From: the human T2T-CHM13v2.0 reference genome, Homo sapiens
Assembly: GCF_009914755.1 (NCBI RefSeq)
Contig: NC_060932.1
Direction: 5' to 3' (one strand)
DNA: 64,000 nucleotides
Notes under the pieces: model-generated
Databases searched by the model: none
Told to the model about the DNA's origin: nothing
The model's input: the letters and a program-made list of their open reading frames with translations, nothing else
Made by a program: the position numbers and the translations under genes
Part shown: positions 15,141-37,354 of the stretch, in pieces
How the letters are laid out: each line of letters opens with the position of its first letter
Numbering within the stretch: position 1 is the stretch's first letter

Positions 15141-15420
15141 CAGCACCAGGGCTCACGCCTGTAATCCCAGGGCTTTGAGAGACTGAGGCGAGCTGATTGT
15201 TTGACCTCGGAGTTGGAGACCAGCTTGGGCAACACAGCAAGACCCCATCTCTACAAAAAAATTTAAAAAAATGTTCCGAGGTGGTGGTGCGCACCTGTGA
15301 TCCCAGCTACCCGGGAGGCTGAGGGAGGAGGACCACGTGAGTCCAGGAGGTGGAGGCTGCAGTGAGCCAAGATCGCCCCCACTGGACTCCAGCCTGGGCG
15401 ACAGAGATCCTGTCTTTTTT
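15136..15420 (+). mobile_element. Old Alu (J-like)
   Basis: Diverged dimer just downstream of exon 1. Confidence 0.85.
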
Positions 15421-15514
15421 ATAAATTAAAAAAATTATTTTTGTGTGTGACCGAGTCCCTTCTGTCGCCCAGGCTGGAGTGCAGTGGGCAACAGTAGGCA
15501 ACAGAGGGAGACTC

Positions 15515-16213
15515 CAGATCGTAGTTCTCCAGAACTATGAGGAAAATAAATTTCTGTTGTTTAAGCCATGCAGTCTACACTATTTTGTTATGGCAGTGGG
15601 AGCTGACTAATATAGTACTTAACAGCAAGATGATTGAAAAACTGTAAAAGTTCATTAGTAAGAGAACTGCTAAATAAACTGTGGTTATCTCCAAACAATG
15701 CAAATGGACCACTGTGGAGAGGGAGGAAGTAAGACATGCCATGTACTGACTCTGGCTGACAAGATTCAGAATAGTATGTAATAAGAGAAGGAAAAAAATA
15801 CGGGCATATCCAAACATTTTACTTGCATGTAAGCCTCCCTGGTGATACTGTAAATTTTTGAGAACTCTTCCTACTCTTCTTCCTATCCTGCCATAATTAC
15901 CTCTGCAGCATAGCAGAGGTGTGGTCAAGGCCAAGGTGTCAGCCTGGTTAGATTAGGGTGAGTGTTCTCTTCCTGGCTTGTAAACAGCTACCTTCTCCCT
16001 GCGTACTCACAGGACCTTTTCTTTGTGTACAGGGAAAGACAGGAGGAGGAAATTCTCTGATGTCTCATCTTATAAGGGCATGAATCTCATCATGAGGGTC
16101 CCACTCTATGCCTAAAACCCTGATTACCTCCCAAAGGCCATAACCAAATACTGTCACATTGGGGGTTAGGGATTCAACATAGAATTTTGTGGGATACATT
16201 CAGTTCATAACAC
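15515..16213. mobile_element. MaLR (MLT1-type) LTR fragments
   Basis: ccagaactatgaggaaaataaatttctgttgtttaagcc (15529-) and ttataaggg..ccaaggcc..cacattgggggttagg (15920-16210). Confidence 0.7.
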
Positions 16214-16395
16214 ATACAAAATTTTAATGCAGTGGTTGTCAAAGTTTTTGGGTTCAGAACTGCCTTATACATGAACAATTTTTGAGATTCTCAAAGAGCT
16301 TTTGTTTATGTGGATTTATATCGATGTTTAACATATTAGAAATTAAAATAGAAATGTAAGAATGTGTATTTCATTCATTAAAAATAAAAGTAACG

Positions 16396-16703
<308 letters not shown>

Positions 16704-16714
16704 ATATTAATGAA

Positions 16715-18930
<2,216 letters not shown>

Positions 18931-20019
18931 CTACCTACCATGTTTTGTTGAAAATGATTCTGAGGCTTTGCCTAAATTTGATGTAAAAGCTATGATACCT
19001 GCTAGATTTTTGAAGTGACATACGCATTTATGTATCAGTCTTTTCCTAAGGTGGGATAGTTGAGGCCAAATTTGGCTTTACATCAGAATAATCTCTGGAT
19101 ATTTATAAACATATATATTTCTGGATCAAAATCCTGGAACTTTAAAAATAATTATAAACTTGTTAATAATTTTTATTTAGTAATATGTGATTACATTCAA
19201 AATGAAGTAAAAGAGGCTACCCTATATGTTACCATCTTTCCTGATTGTCAATTTTACTATATTTTTAAAGAAAACGACTATGTTTAACAGTTTGATGGTA
19301 CTCTTCTGGACTTTTCTCTAGACACTTAGATATAAATATGTGTAAATGTAGACATATACGGTCCTTTTGAAGTAAATTATAAATGACAAAAGCATATTGT
19401 ATAAATTTATGTATGTCATCTATTTTTAATATATTTTGGATATTAATCATTTTATTTTTTCTATATCTTGCACAAGTTTTCTTCAATGTGTTATTGATCT
19501 TTTCACTTGTGATATCCTGATTTTTGTACTAAGTTTATCAACACTTTCTTATGGCTTCTGCATTTTGTTTTCCGTATTAAGGCTTCCCTTGGTACAATGA
19601 TTAAAACAAATAGTTTCCCATACTTTCTTAAAGTTATTTTACAACTTTAGACAACGTAGCCTTTCAGTCTTTCTAATAGTTTTGTAACTTTGTACATGAA
19701 GTCTTGTAATCCACACTGTGGTGCTAGATAGGAAACTATATTTGTATTTTTCCAAATGGATAAATACTGATATTACATCATTCCCCCATTCATTTGAAAT
19801 GCCACATTTAGTAGATGTTAAACTATCACCACCCCCTTGCCCCCAAAGTACACAGGTAGGTCTCACTTAGAGACCTGTCATGAGACTGAGGATACACTGA
19901 AAGGGTTTAAATAAAGAGAGTTTAGCTATGGGACTATCTATAGAGATGTGGGCATCAATAATTAACGATGAAACGCACAGACTAGTAACAGTAGAAAGCC
20001 ATATCACATGTGTTGAATT

Positions 20020-20420
20020 GATTGTTTGCAAAGATGACAATGGCCTTAACACTTCCTCCATCCCTGTGTGTGCTTCCATTTTGCAACATTTCTTTGTCAT
20101 TCCTCCCATTGAGAGGTAGAATGTATTTCTTCACTCTCTGAATCTGGTTGGCCTCATTACTTGCTCTGGCCATTTGAATGTGGTAGAAATGAGTTGTGAG
20201 ACTTCCAAGTCTATGCCTCAAGAGGCTTTGCAGCTTCCTCTCTGCTCTCTTGAAGCACTGTCTTGACTGCTACATGAAGAATCCTAGACTAGGACGATAA
20301 GAGGATGTGTGAAACAGAGATGACTCAACCTAGGCCGTTCAGTCAAAAGACATGAATGGGGTCGTCTTAGTCTCTCCAGGCCTAGGCGAGCTGCCAGATG
20401 ACTGCAGCCACATGAGTAAC
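20020..20420 (+). mobile_element. Old MLT1-type MaLR LTR fragment
   Basis: cctcccattgagaggtag..tgaatctgg..cctcaagagg..gcagcttcc motifs. Confidence 0.6.
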
Positions 20421-20429
20421 ATTATGAGT

Positions 20430-21730
20430 GTCAGTGCAGTGGGTACTGCAGGGTGTCCTGTGTCATAACACTGAAGCAGGGCAGTGCCATCTATATCTTG
20501 AACTTGCTGCAGATTCTTCTCTTGCGCTGGGTCCAAGTCAATTTTGACAGTTTTACCAGTCACCCGATGAATGATTCAGGCTCTCACACCCCAAAACAGT
20601 ATGTATTATCTCTGAATTCAAAAACTCAAAACGGCCTGCCACTCGTTGTGACTCTTTTTTTTTGTGGTGGACTATGCAAGGTGTAGCCACTAGCATCTCA
20701 CTTTGTACAGGATATCTCAGCATGCTGCAACCACTGGACCCCAAGAAACTTTGGGGTTGTAACTATCCCTTAACCTCCATAGGTTCTTCTACCACATTCT
20801 GGCATGCATGTATCTTACTGAAACATCTAGGGCACTTGCTACTTCTTGCTCACTAAATATATAAGCATGATGTCTTTCACATCATGCAACTTGACCAGCA
20901 TGATGTTCTAATGGGAAATCAAAACGGTCAGTGTCCCTCTGAGCTACGACAGGACAGTTGACAGCTTGAAGGGAAGGTGGTGAAAATAGTATTATTGTTC
21001 TTGTCAGATGAAGGCATTTGTCACCATTGCTGATTGGAATTGAAAATAACATTTTCCAGGTCAATAACTGCATATTAGGTATTAGGAGACGTGTTGATTT
21101 TTTTCAACAAATCAACACATTGGAATCTATATTTTTTTCACTAATCAACTATAATTTCACATGAACTAACTAATGAGACTTTAATTTCAACGAGCTAGTT
21201 CATTTCACAAAATCTATAACTTCGTTCACCATTGATGGATCCAGGTCACAATTTATCCCTTGATCTATATAAGTCCCTATTCTGATCAATGGACCATGCT
21301 GGTATTTTGAGTCCTCAGGATTAGTGTCAGTTCAGAGTCAGTAAATAATACTCCCTGAAAGTCTGGCTATTTCCCCTCCCCTGGGCATAGTCATCATGGT
21401 AAAAGGACACAGGACACTATGGAGGAGTCTGCAGGGGAAGATTCGCAGCACATTCCTGTGGTTGCATGGCAAGGTCCTTCCTAAAGAGGACTCCCTCACT
21501 CCTTAATGAAAAGGCTGCAAGCCTCTGAACTGGGTCAGGTGTAGGAACCAGGGAAGAGGCTGTGAGTCCTCGTGGTGATTGCATCAGTTTCTGCGCACCA
21601 CAAGCTAGAATTTTCTTGACTAGACTGCTCATCTAGTTCATTCCTAGGGACTCTGTGATCAGTTAGATACTACCAAGGATCTCTGTAGGTGAAAGCATTT
21701 TGTTTTTCACTCTGTCCTTGTGGCTTCTTC
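20430..21730 (-). mobile_element. ERVL-class internal remnant (pro/pol)
   Basis: Minus strand gives YAVIDLEN / FSIPIS (cf. ERVL RT YAAIDLANAFFSIP) near 21030-21075 and SELTLI (cf. protease DTGSELTLI) near 21318-21340; many stops and frameshifts. Confidence 0.7.
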
Positions 21731-21829
21731 TGGTAATTGTGCTCACCTGTCTCTGAGAGTCAATTGTCTGCCACTTCAGAATTCCCTGATTCCCAGTCAA
21801 AGCAAGGAATCATGTTTAAAAATTTTTTT

Positions 21830-24003
21830 CATAAGTTTTATTTTATTTTTTCTTCCAACTTTAATTTTAGGTTTGGAGGTACATGTGCAGGTTTGTTACA
21901 TGGGTAAATTGCGTGTCACTGGGGTTCTATGTACAAATGATTTCATTACTCAGGTAGTGAGCACAGTATCTGAGAAGTAGTTTTTCAGTCCTCTCCCTCC
22001 TCCCATCCTCCACCTTCAAGTAAGTTCTGGTTCTATTGTGCCCCTCTTTGCATCCATGTGTACTCAATGTTTAGCCTCCGCTCATAAGTGAGAATATGTG
22101 GTATTTGGTTTTCTGTTCCTGTGTTAATTTGTTTAGGATAGTGGCCTCCAGCTGCAACCATGTGGCTGCAAAGGACGTGATTTCATTTTTTTATGGCTGT
22201 ATAGTATTCCATGGTGTATATACACAACATTTTCTTTATCCAGTCCACCACTGATGGATGTCTAGGTTGATTCCATGTCTTTGCTATTGTGAAAAGTGCT
22301 GCAATGAATATACGTGTGCATGTGTCTTCATGGTAGAATGATTTATATTCCCTTGGGTATATACTCAGTAATGGGACTTCTGGGTAAAATGGGAGTTCTC
22401 TTTTAGGTTCCTTGAGAAATCACACTGCTGGGTAAAATGGGAGTTCTCTTTTAGGTTCCTTGAGAAATCACACTGCTTTCCACAGTGGTTGAACTAACTT
22501 ACATTCTCCCCAGCAGTGTATAAGCATTCTCTTTCCTCTGCAACCTTGCCAACACCTATTATTTTTTGACTTTTTAATAAGTCATTCTGATTGGTGTGAC
22601 ATGATATGTCACTGTTGTTTTGACTTTCATTTTTCTAATGATAAGTTTTTCATATGCTTCTTGGCCACATGTATGTTTTATCTTGAGAAGTGTCCATGTC
22701 ATTGGCCCATTTTTTAATGGGTTTTTTTTTTTTTGCTTGTTGAATTGTTTAAGCTCCTTACTGAGTCCAGATATTAGACCTTTGTTGGCATAGTTTGTTG
22801 ATATTTTCTGCATTCTGCAGGTTGCCTATTTACTTGGTTGGTAATTTCTTTTGCTGTGCAGAAGCTCTTTAGTTTAATGAAGTCCCACTTCTCAATTTTT
22901 GTTTTTGTTGAAATTGCTTTTGGAGTCTTCATCATGAAACCTTTGCCAAGACAAAGATGTCTAGAATGGCATGTCCTGGGTTTTCTTCTAAGGTATTTAT
23001 AGTTTTAAGTTGTACATTTAGGTCTTTAATCCATCTTGCATTGGTTATTGAATATGGCAAAAGGTTCAGTTGCAGTCTTCTGCATATGAGTAGCCAGTTA
23101 TCCCGGCACCATTTATTGGATAGAGAGTCCTTTCTCCATTGCTTGTTATTGTTAACTGTCAAAGATCAGATGGTTATAGGTGTGTGGCTTTATTTCTGAG
23201 TTTTCTAACCTGTTCCATTGGTCTATGTGTTTGTTTTTGTACCAGTACCATGCTGTTTTGGTTACTGTAGCCTTGTAGTATAGTTTGAAGACAGGTAGTG
23301 TGAGACCTCTTGCTTTCTTCTTTTTGCTTAGGATTGCTTTGGCTCTTTGGGCTCTTTTATGGTTCCATATGAATTTTAGAATAGTTTTTTCTAATTCTGT
23401 GAAAAACTGACATTGGTGGTTTGATAGAAGTAGCACTGAATCTGTAAATTGCTTTGAGCAGTATGGGCCTTTTAACAACGTTGATTCTTCCTATCCATGA
23501 GTATGGAATGTTTTTTCATTTGTTTATGTCATCTCTGATTTCTTTGAGCAGTGTTTTGTAGTTCTCCTTGTAGAGATCTTTCACCTCCATGGTTAGCTGT
23601 ATTCCTAGGTATTTTGTTCTTTTTGTGGCTATTCTGGATGGGATCCTGTTCTTATTTTGGCTCTTGGCTTGGCTGTTGCTGGTGTATAGAAATGCTAGTG
23701 ATTTTTGTACATTGATTTTGTATCCTGAAACTTTACTGAAGTTGCTTATCAGATCTAGGAGCCTTTGGGCAGAAACTATAGGGTTTTCTAGGTGTAGAAT
23801 CATATCGTCTGTGAAGAGAGAGAGTTTGACTTCCTCTCTTCCTATTCGGATGCCTTTTATTTCTTTCTCTTGCCTGATTGCTCTGGCTAGGACTTCTAGC
23901 GCTATGTTGAATGGGAGTGGTGAGAGTGGGCATCCTTGTCTTGTTCCAGTTCTTAGAGAAAAGGCTTTCAACTTTTCCCCATTCAGTATGATGTTAGTTG
24001 TGG
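21830..24003 (-). mobile_element. 5'-truncated primate L1 (older L1PA)
   Basis: L1PA 3'UTR (gtacatgtgcaggtttgttaca) plus ORF2 C-terminal/RT peptides (23516-23971). Confidence 0.92.
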
Positions 24004-24023
24004 CATTTAATGATTATGGTTAC

Positions 24024-24351
<328 letters not shown>

Positions 24352-25219
24352 TGATCTTCCTCTTCTTCTGCTACAGTTCCTGAAGTTGTATATATTATGT
24401 TTATGTAACCAGAGCTTTTAACATTTGCATCTGTTATGTAACTGTGATTCCCACAGTTGTTTTAGCCTTTAGTCTATATTTAAGATTTTTTTTTCTCACT
24501 GTTAGGCATTTTACCACAACTCTGCTGATATTTTTATTGGGAGAAATGTCTCTGACTTTTGTGGTAGACACATGTGAACTTTTTTTTTTTGAGTTTTGCT
24601 TGTAAATATCTATCTTCTGACTTTATATTTAATGGCCTTTTTGCTGGGTATACATTTATAGGGTCTTCACTGTCTTTTCTTAAAGTTCTTTTTTAGACAT
24701 TGTTCTTTAGTCTTTTAACATTAAATACTGTGGTAAAAATTCTCAAGCCAGCCTGCTTATCTCCCCTTATACATAACATGATTTTCTTTTTTTTTCTTTC
24801 TATCATATTTTCAAGGAATTCTTTATCTTGGAAACCCAACAATTTCAGTAGAATATGTTTTAGTTTAAAGTAATGATTAGTTATTCCTGAAATACAGTAT
24901 ACTTTCTAGTCTATTGTTTTGAATCTTTTATTTCAGGAAAAAGTTTTTGAAGTATGTCTTTGATTTTTTTGGTGTGTATTTTTTATTTTCTTCAGAACCA
25001 CACATTTTGTGCGAGCTGCATACCTCTTCCCTTCTCCTTTTTTGTTCTTTCATAAGTATCTTGTCTGTTTTTCAAATTAAGTGTTTTCAAGCTTTTTATA
25101 GAAGTACACAGTGATGAGCCACCCATACCTGCACAAGTAAACTTTATGAAAGAAACTGAACAGATATTTAATCAAATTAAGGCAAGGTTACTAACTTTTT
25201 TTTTTTTTTATCTCTTCAG

Positions 25220-25299
25220 GTTTTCAAAATTCACTTCTACAGATCGTAATTCCAGAGAAAATCCAAACAAATACAAATGACAGTTCAGAAATAGAATAT
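25220..25299 (+). CDS. ADAM32: ADAM32 exon 2
   Basis: Poly-T..ttcag acceptor; (G)FQNSLLQIVIPEKIQTNTNDSSEIEY; donor GTAAGA; phase consistent. Confidence 0.95.
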
Positions 25300-27614
25300 G
25301 TAAGAGATATTTTTTCACAATCTAAATGTTTATATGAAATTTCATATTTTTATTATATAGCTATGAAATATGTCAAGCCCATTTTAATATGAATATAATG
25401 TCTCTTGTATTTCTACTGATAGGAATTAAAAGCTTTGATGGTAAAAGCAAATAGGTAAATTAGAATGTTCTGTATTTTTTTAATGTTTGTCATTTTCTTA
25501 TGGTAAATTATTTTTAAAAGTTTACATATAGAAGAGAATGTAGAATTAAGTGTTTTATCTGAGTGATATCTAGGACATCAGCACAAAGAGAATAATTTTC
25601 TCCAAAATGTCTAAGACAATTTCTTTTAACTAAAGCCTGTTTCTCAATCTCCACCCCTACACCTAGCAATTCTCAGACGAGAAGAAACATTTCATTCTAC
25701 TATTTTTATTAGAAAGGGAAATACTTTATTTTGTTCATTGATTTATTTAGCAACTATTTCTCTAGACTTGCCATGTGCATACCTATATGCCAGGTGTCTT
25801 AGGAGATTTAAAAAAAAGAAATATAATTAAGCAAGCTTTGCTTATAAGTGACCAATCTTTTGGTAACATTCTATTTTTAGCAGTTTTGTTGAGGTGCAAT
25901 TTACAACACCATAGAGTTCACCCATTTTAAGGGTACAACTCAACAATTATTACAGCAGTACATAAATAGAATTGTGCAAACATTACCACAGTCCAGTTGT
26001 AGAATGTTGCTATCAATCCTAAAAAGATCCCTTATGCACATTTGTAGTTCTTCTCCAGCCCTTGGCAACCGCTGATCTGTTGTCTATCTCTATGTATTTG
26101 CCTCTTTAGGGGCATTTTATATAAATGGCAGCATGCAATATGTAAGCTTTTGTATTAGACTTTTTTCACTTAGGATTATCCATTTTGTAGCATTTATCAG
26201 GTTATTAATTTTTATATCTTATATGTGGATATACCACATTTTGCTTATCCATTCTCATTCTCCAGTTGATGGACTTTGGATTGTTTTCTGATATTGAGTA
26301 TTATGAATAATTCTTTTATGAACATTCATGTATGGACATATATTTTCCCTTGGGTAGATTCTTAGGAGTGAAATTGCTGGGCACATGATAAGTTTGTGTT
26401 TAACATTTTTAGAAACTGCTACACTGTTTTCCATAGTGACTGTACCAATTTACATGTCACATCAGCAATTTTTGAGTGTTCCAGTTTTTTCACATACTTG
26501 TGAACATTTGATGTTTTCTGTCTTTCAGATTAAAGCTATTGTAGTGGGAGTGTAGTGGTATGTAATTGTGGCTTCAATTTGCATTTCTTTAATGAATAAT
26601 TATGCTGAGTATTTTTCATGAGCCTAATAGCCATTTATATGCCTTTTCTCTGGAATGTCTACTCAAATTATTCTCCTGTTTTAAAATTTAGTTGTTCATT
26701 TATTTTTGAGTTCTATGAATTCATTATATATTCTGGACACAACTTCTCTATTTGGAATTATTTTCTCCCAATTTCTGGCTTGCTTTTTCATTTTTCTCAG
26801 TGGTGTTTTCTCAAACACAAACATTTTCAATTTTGATGACATTCAGTTTATCAAATTTTCTTTTTATGGATCTTGTTTTTGGTTTTGTATCTAAGAACTC
26901 TGTTATGGACTGAACTGTGGCCCCTCAAAATTCATATGTTGAATCCCTAAACCCTAATGTGACTATATTTGGAGATAGGGCCTTATGGAGGTAATTAAGG
27001 TTACATGAGGTCAAGGGCCTTATGGAGGTAATTAAGGTTATATGCTGTCACAAGGGTAGGGCTTTAATTAATCTAATAGGACTGATGTACTTATAAGAAG
27101 AGGAAATATACTAGGGGTTCATGCATACAAACTGAAGGTCATGAAAGGATACAACAAGAAGGCAGCTGTCTGCAAGCCAAGAGGAGAGGCCTCACCAGAA
27201 ATCAGCCCTGTTGGCACCTTGATCTTGGACTTCCAGCCTCCAGAACTGTGAGAAAATACATTTTTGTTGGTTAAGCCACCTTGTCTGTGGCATTTTGTTT
27301 GGGTAGCTTGAGCAGAGTAATCCGATTTTGGTATTGTGAAGTGGGGTGCTGCTGTAACAAATACCTAAAAATGTTGAAGTGGATTTGGAACTGAGTGAAG
27401 GGTAGAGGCTAGAAGACTGGCGAAGTACATGCTAAGAAGAAGCCTAGATTGCCTTGAAGGGACTGTTGGTAGAAATATGGATGCTAAAGGTAATTCTAAT
27501 GAAGGATCAGAAAGAAAAGACTTATAGAGAAAGCTTTTATCGTCTTAGGGAATATACATATCATTATGAACAGAATAGAACTGGTAGAAATATGAACATT
27601 AAAGGTGTTCCTGG

Positions 27615-27985
<371 letters not shown>

Positions 27986-28495
27986 TTAAAAAGTGGCAAA
28001 GAACTTGGCTGAATTGTGTTCTAGTCTTTTGTAGAAGGTAGAAATTGTGGGGGAAAACCTTGGGTATTTAGCTGGGGAGATTTCTAAGCAAAATGCTGAA
28101 GATGTGGCTTGTTTTGTCATCACTGCTTATAGAAAATGCAAAATGCAAGAGAAGAGAGGTAAATGGAAGGAATTATTTAGCAAAAAGGAACAAGAACTTG
28201 AAGATTTGAGAAATTTTCAGCCTACTTTGTATTTTTTAAAATGAGAAATGATGTTTTAGAAAGAACACCAAAGGTGTAGCTGGACAATCAGACAATAAAA
28301 AGATTCCTCATGATTTAATCCGCCATGTCAAGTGAAGCCAGGATCAGAGACGGGATTACATCAGCAGAAACACTGCCAGCTGGAACTAAAGGGAACAGAG
28401 AAAATTGGATAGAATGAAGGAAGGCTGTTTAACTTCTGGGATTCTACAGGATAGGACGATAGAGTTGTCTGGCTTCAAACATGCATCATTCTTCA

Positions 28496-28750
28496 CAAAC
28501 ACCGCATGTTCTCACTCATAAGTAGGAGTCGAGCAATGAGAACACATGGACACAGGGAGGGGAACATCACACACTGGGGCCAGTCGGGGGGTGGAGGGCT
28601 AGGGGAGGGAGAGCATTAGGAGAAATATCTAATGTAGATGACGGGTTGATGGGTGCAGCAAACCACCATGGCACGTGCATACCTATGTAACAAACCTGCA
28701 TGTTCTGCACATGTACTCCAGAACTTGAAGTATAATAAAAAAAGAAAAAG
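28496..28750 (+). mobile_element. Short 5'-truncated L1PA 3' end
   Basis: caaacaccgcatgttctcactcataagt ... gaacttgaagtataataaaa. Confidence 0.9.
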
Positions 28751-29714
28751 AGAAGAATGACCCTGAAAGCAATTCAGAGATCATCAGGGCTGCCACTCCT
28801 GCTACAGGCCCAGGAGGCAAGGCTGCATTCTCTTTGGTTTCAGAGAGTGGGGCCACCTCCTTGGTTTCAGTAGTCTAGGATGTCACTGTTTATTACCCCA
28901 GGAACAAGGCTGTCACCCAGAGCTGTGGGGGCAGAGCCGCTTTACAGAGCTGAGGGGATGGGGCCAGTCCCTAGGGCCATGGGAGAGTTGCTGTCCAAGT
29001 GGGCCCAGCAGGGTAGAGCATCCTGTCAAAGAAGAGTATTCTTGAACCTTAAGATCTAACGGAATTTGTCTTGCTAGGTTTTGGACTTTGTTGGGATTGT
29101 CACCCCTTTCTTTTTTTCTGGTTTCTCCTTGTTGGCATGGGAATAGCTATTCTATGCCTGTTCTACTATTGTATTTTGGAAGCACATAACTTGTCTGGTT
29201 TCACAGGTTCACAACTGGAGAGGAATTTTGCCTCAGGATGAGTCATAACTTGTATCTCAACCATACCTGATTTAAGTGACATTTAGATGAAATTTTGAAC
29301 TTGGAATTGATGCTAGAATGAGTTAAGGCTTTGGGGCTTTTCCATGCAAGAAGGAAATGAATTTGGGGGGCGCACCATAGGGAAGAATGTTATGAATTGA
29401 ATTGTGTCCCCCGCCAAATCCATATGTTGAAAACCAAACTCCCAGTATGGAGATAGGACCTTTAAGGAGATAGAGTTAAATGTGATCATAGAGGTGTGAC
29501 CTTAATCTGATTGGACTGGTGTCCTTATAAGAAGAGGAAGAGATACAAGAGGTCCTTGTCTGTCTCCATGCATACACAGAAAAAAGGCCATGTGAGAACA
29601 TAGTGAGAAAAGAGCTACCTACACGCCGTAAAGAGAGGCCTCACCAGAAACCAACCTGCTAGCATATTTATCTTGGATTTCTAACATCCAGAACTGTGAG
29701 AAAATAACATTTCT

Positions 29715-30005
29715 GTTTTTGTTTTTGTTTTGAGACAGAGTCTTCCTCTGTTGTCTAGGCTGGAGTGCAGTGGTGCTATCTTGGCTCACTGCAACCTCTG
29801 ACTCCCAGGTTCAAGCAATTCTCATGCATCAGCCTCCCAAGTAGCTGGAATTACAGGCATGTGCCACCACGCTTGGCTATTTTTTGGTAGAGATGGGGTT
29901 TTGCCATGTTGGCCAGGCTAGTCTTGAACTCCTGACCTCAAGTGGTCTGCCTACCTTGGCCTCCCAAAGTGTTGGGATTACAGGCATGAGCCACCACACC
30001 TGGTC
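29715..30005 (-). mobile_element. Alu within the MaLR 3' LTR
   Basis: Antisense dimer; atttctgtt on both flanks. Confidence 0.93.
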
Positions 30006-30808
30006 CTAAAATTTCTGTTGTTAATGTCACCATGCCTGTAATATTTTATTATGGCAGCCTAAGCAGACTAATGTAAGGTCTTTACCTAACCCAAGCTCAC
30101 AAAGATTTTCTTCTGTGTTTTCTACTAGCTCATAGTCTATGAGCCAATTTGAGTAAACTTTTGTATATGGTGTGAGGTCAGGATATAAGTTCAGTTTTTT
30201 TTGCCTGTGGATCCAACTTTCCCAGCACTGTTTGTAGAAAAGACTATACTTTCCCCACTGAATTGTTTTGATACCTTTGTAGATCAAGTAAATAAAAATG
30301 TAAAGGTTTATTTCTGGACTTTCATGTCTTTGCCATTTATCTAGCTGGCTTTCTTTGCACCAAGATCTCATTGCTTTGATTATTGTGCATTTTAGGGCAA
30401 GATTTGGAATTGGGTAGTGTAAATCCTTCATTATTCATCTTTTCCAAAATTGCTTTGACTATTCTAAGTCCTTTTTATTTCCATATATATTTTTAGAACA
30501 ACTAAAAATACCTCTATGATCACATTTAACTCTATCTCCTTAAAGGTCCTGTCTCCACACTGGGGGTTTGGTTTTCAACATATGGATTTGGTCGGGGGGC
30601 ACAATTCAATCCATAACATTCTTCCTTGTGGTTCCCTCCAAATTCATTTCCCATATTGCATGCTCATTTTTACAAGAAAAACTGCTTGGATTTTGATAGA
30701 GATTACATTTAATATGTATCGATTAATTTGGGAGAATTGCTCTTTTTACAATATTGAGTGCTCTGATCTATGAACATGTATGATACCTTCATTTATTTAG
30801 AGCTTTAA

Positions 30809-35990
<5,182 letters not shown>

Positions 35991-37042
35991 CTTGACTGGG
36001 AATGCTCAGTTCTTCATTCTGGGGATACTTGGTTCTTCATCTGGTAATTTTTAATGCACAGGAGGACCTTCACTTGTTTTGGTAAATTTATCATCAAGTA
36101 TTTTATTATTTTTCATGCTATTGTGAACTGAAATGCTCCTTTAATTTGATTTTTCAGATTGTTTCTAGTATATGGAAATACACATACACATTGATTTTTG
36201 TTTATTAATCATGTGTCTTGCCACCTTACCTAATTTGTTCATTGGTTCTCGTTTTTTTTTGGTCTTTTTTTTTTTTTATGGATTCTTTGGGAGTTTCTAC
36301 AAACAGGATCATGCCACTGCAAATACAGCATTATCCTGTTTTATGCCTTATTTTCCTTTTCTTTCTAGATGTCTTTAGTTTGTTGAATGGAAATGGTAAG
36401 AGGGGGCATTTCTGCTTTGTTTCTATCTTGGGAGAAAGTACTCAGTCTTTTAACACTGAATTTCTTGTTAACTAGTGAGGTTTTTGTAAAGGCCTTTATC
36501 ATGTTCAGGAGGTTCCCTTCTATTCCAAATTTGTCAAATTTTATTGTAAACGTTTATTGGGGTTTTTCAAATGCTTTTTCTACATTTATTGTAATGATCA
36601 TGTGTTTTTCTTCCTTTAGTTTATTGATGTGGTGTACCATATGAATTAATTTTTGGATGTTAAACCATTCTTGCATTTCTGTGATAAATGGTGTATAATT
36701 CTTTTTATATGTCACTGGAATTTGTCTGCTAATATTTCAAGAGGGCTATTGGTCTATAGTTTGTTTTTTGTAATGTCTAGATTTAATTGTTGTATAATTG
36801 TATAACCACCATAATTCTGACCTCATAGACTATATTTAGAAATGTTTCTTCTCTATATTTTGAAAGAATTGTGAAGGATTAATATTATTTCCTTAAACAT
36901 TTGATAGCATTCATCATTGAATTCATCTGCACCTTGGCCTTTCTTTTTGGGAAGATTTATAATTACGAGTGTAATCTTTGTTATAGGTCTATTTGGATTT
37001 TATTCAGTTTTGGTAACTTGTTTCTTTTTAGAAATTTATTAA

Positions 37043-37354
<312 letters not shown>

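Noticed and set aside
14969-15186. Continuation of the 91-aa ORF from the ADAM32 ATG
   Set aside because: Read-through past a good GTGAGC donor into intron and Alu sequence; only the first 58 nt are coding
22380-22475. Direct repeats as a CRISPR-like array
   Set aside because: Only two abutting copies, no spacers or cas genes, eukaryotic context
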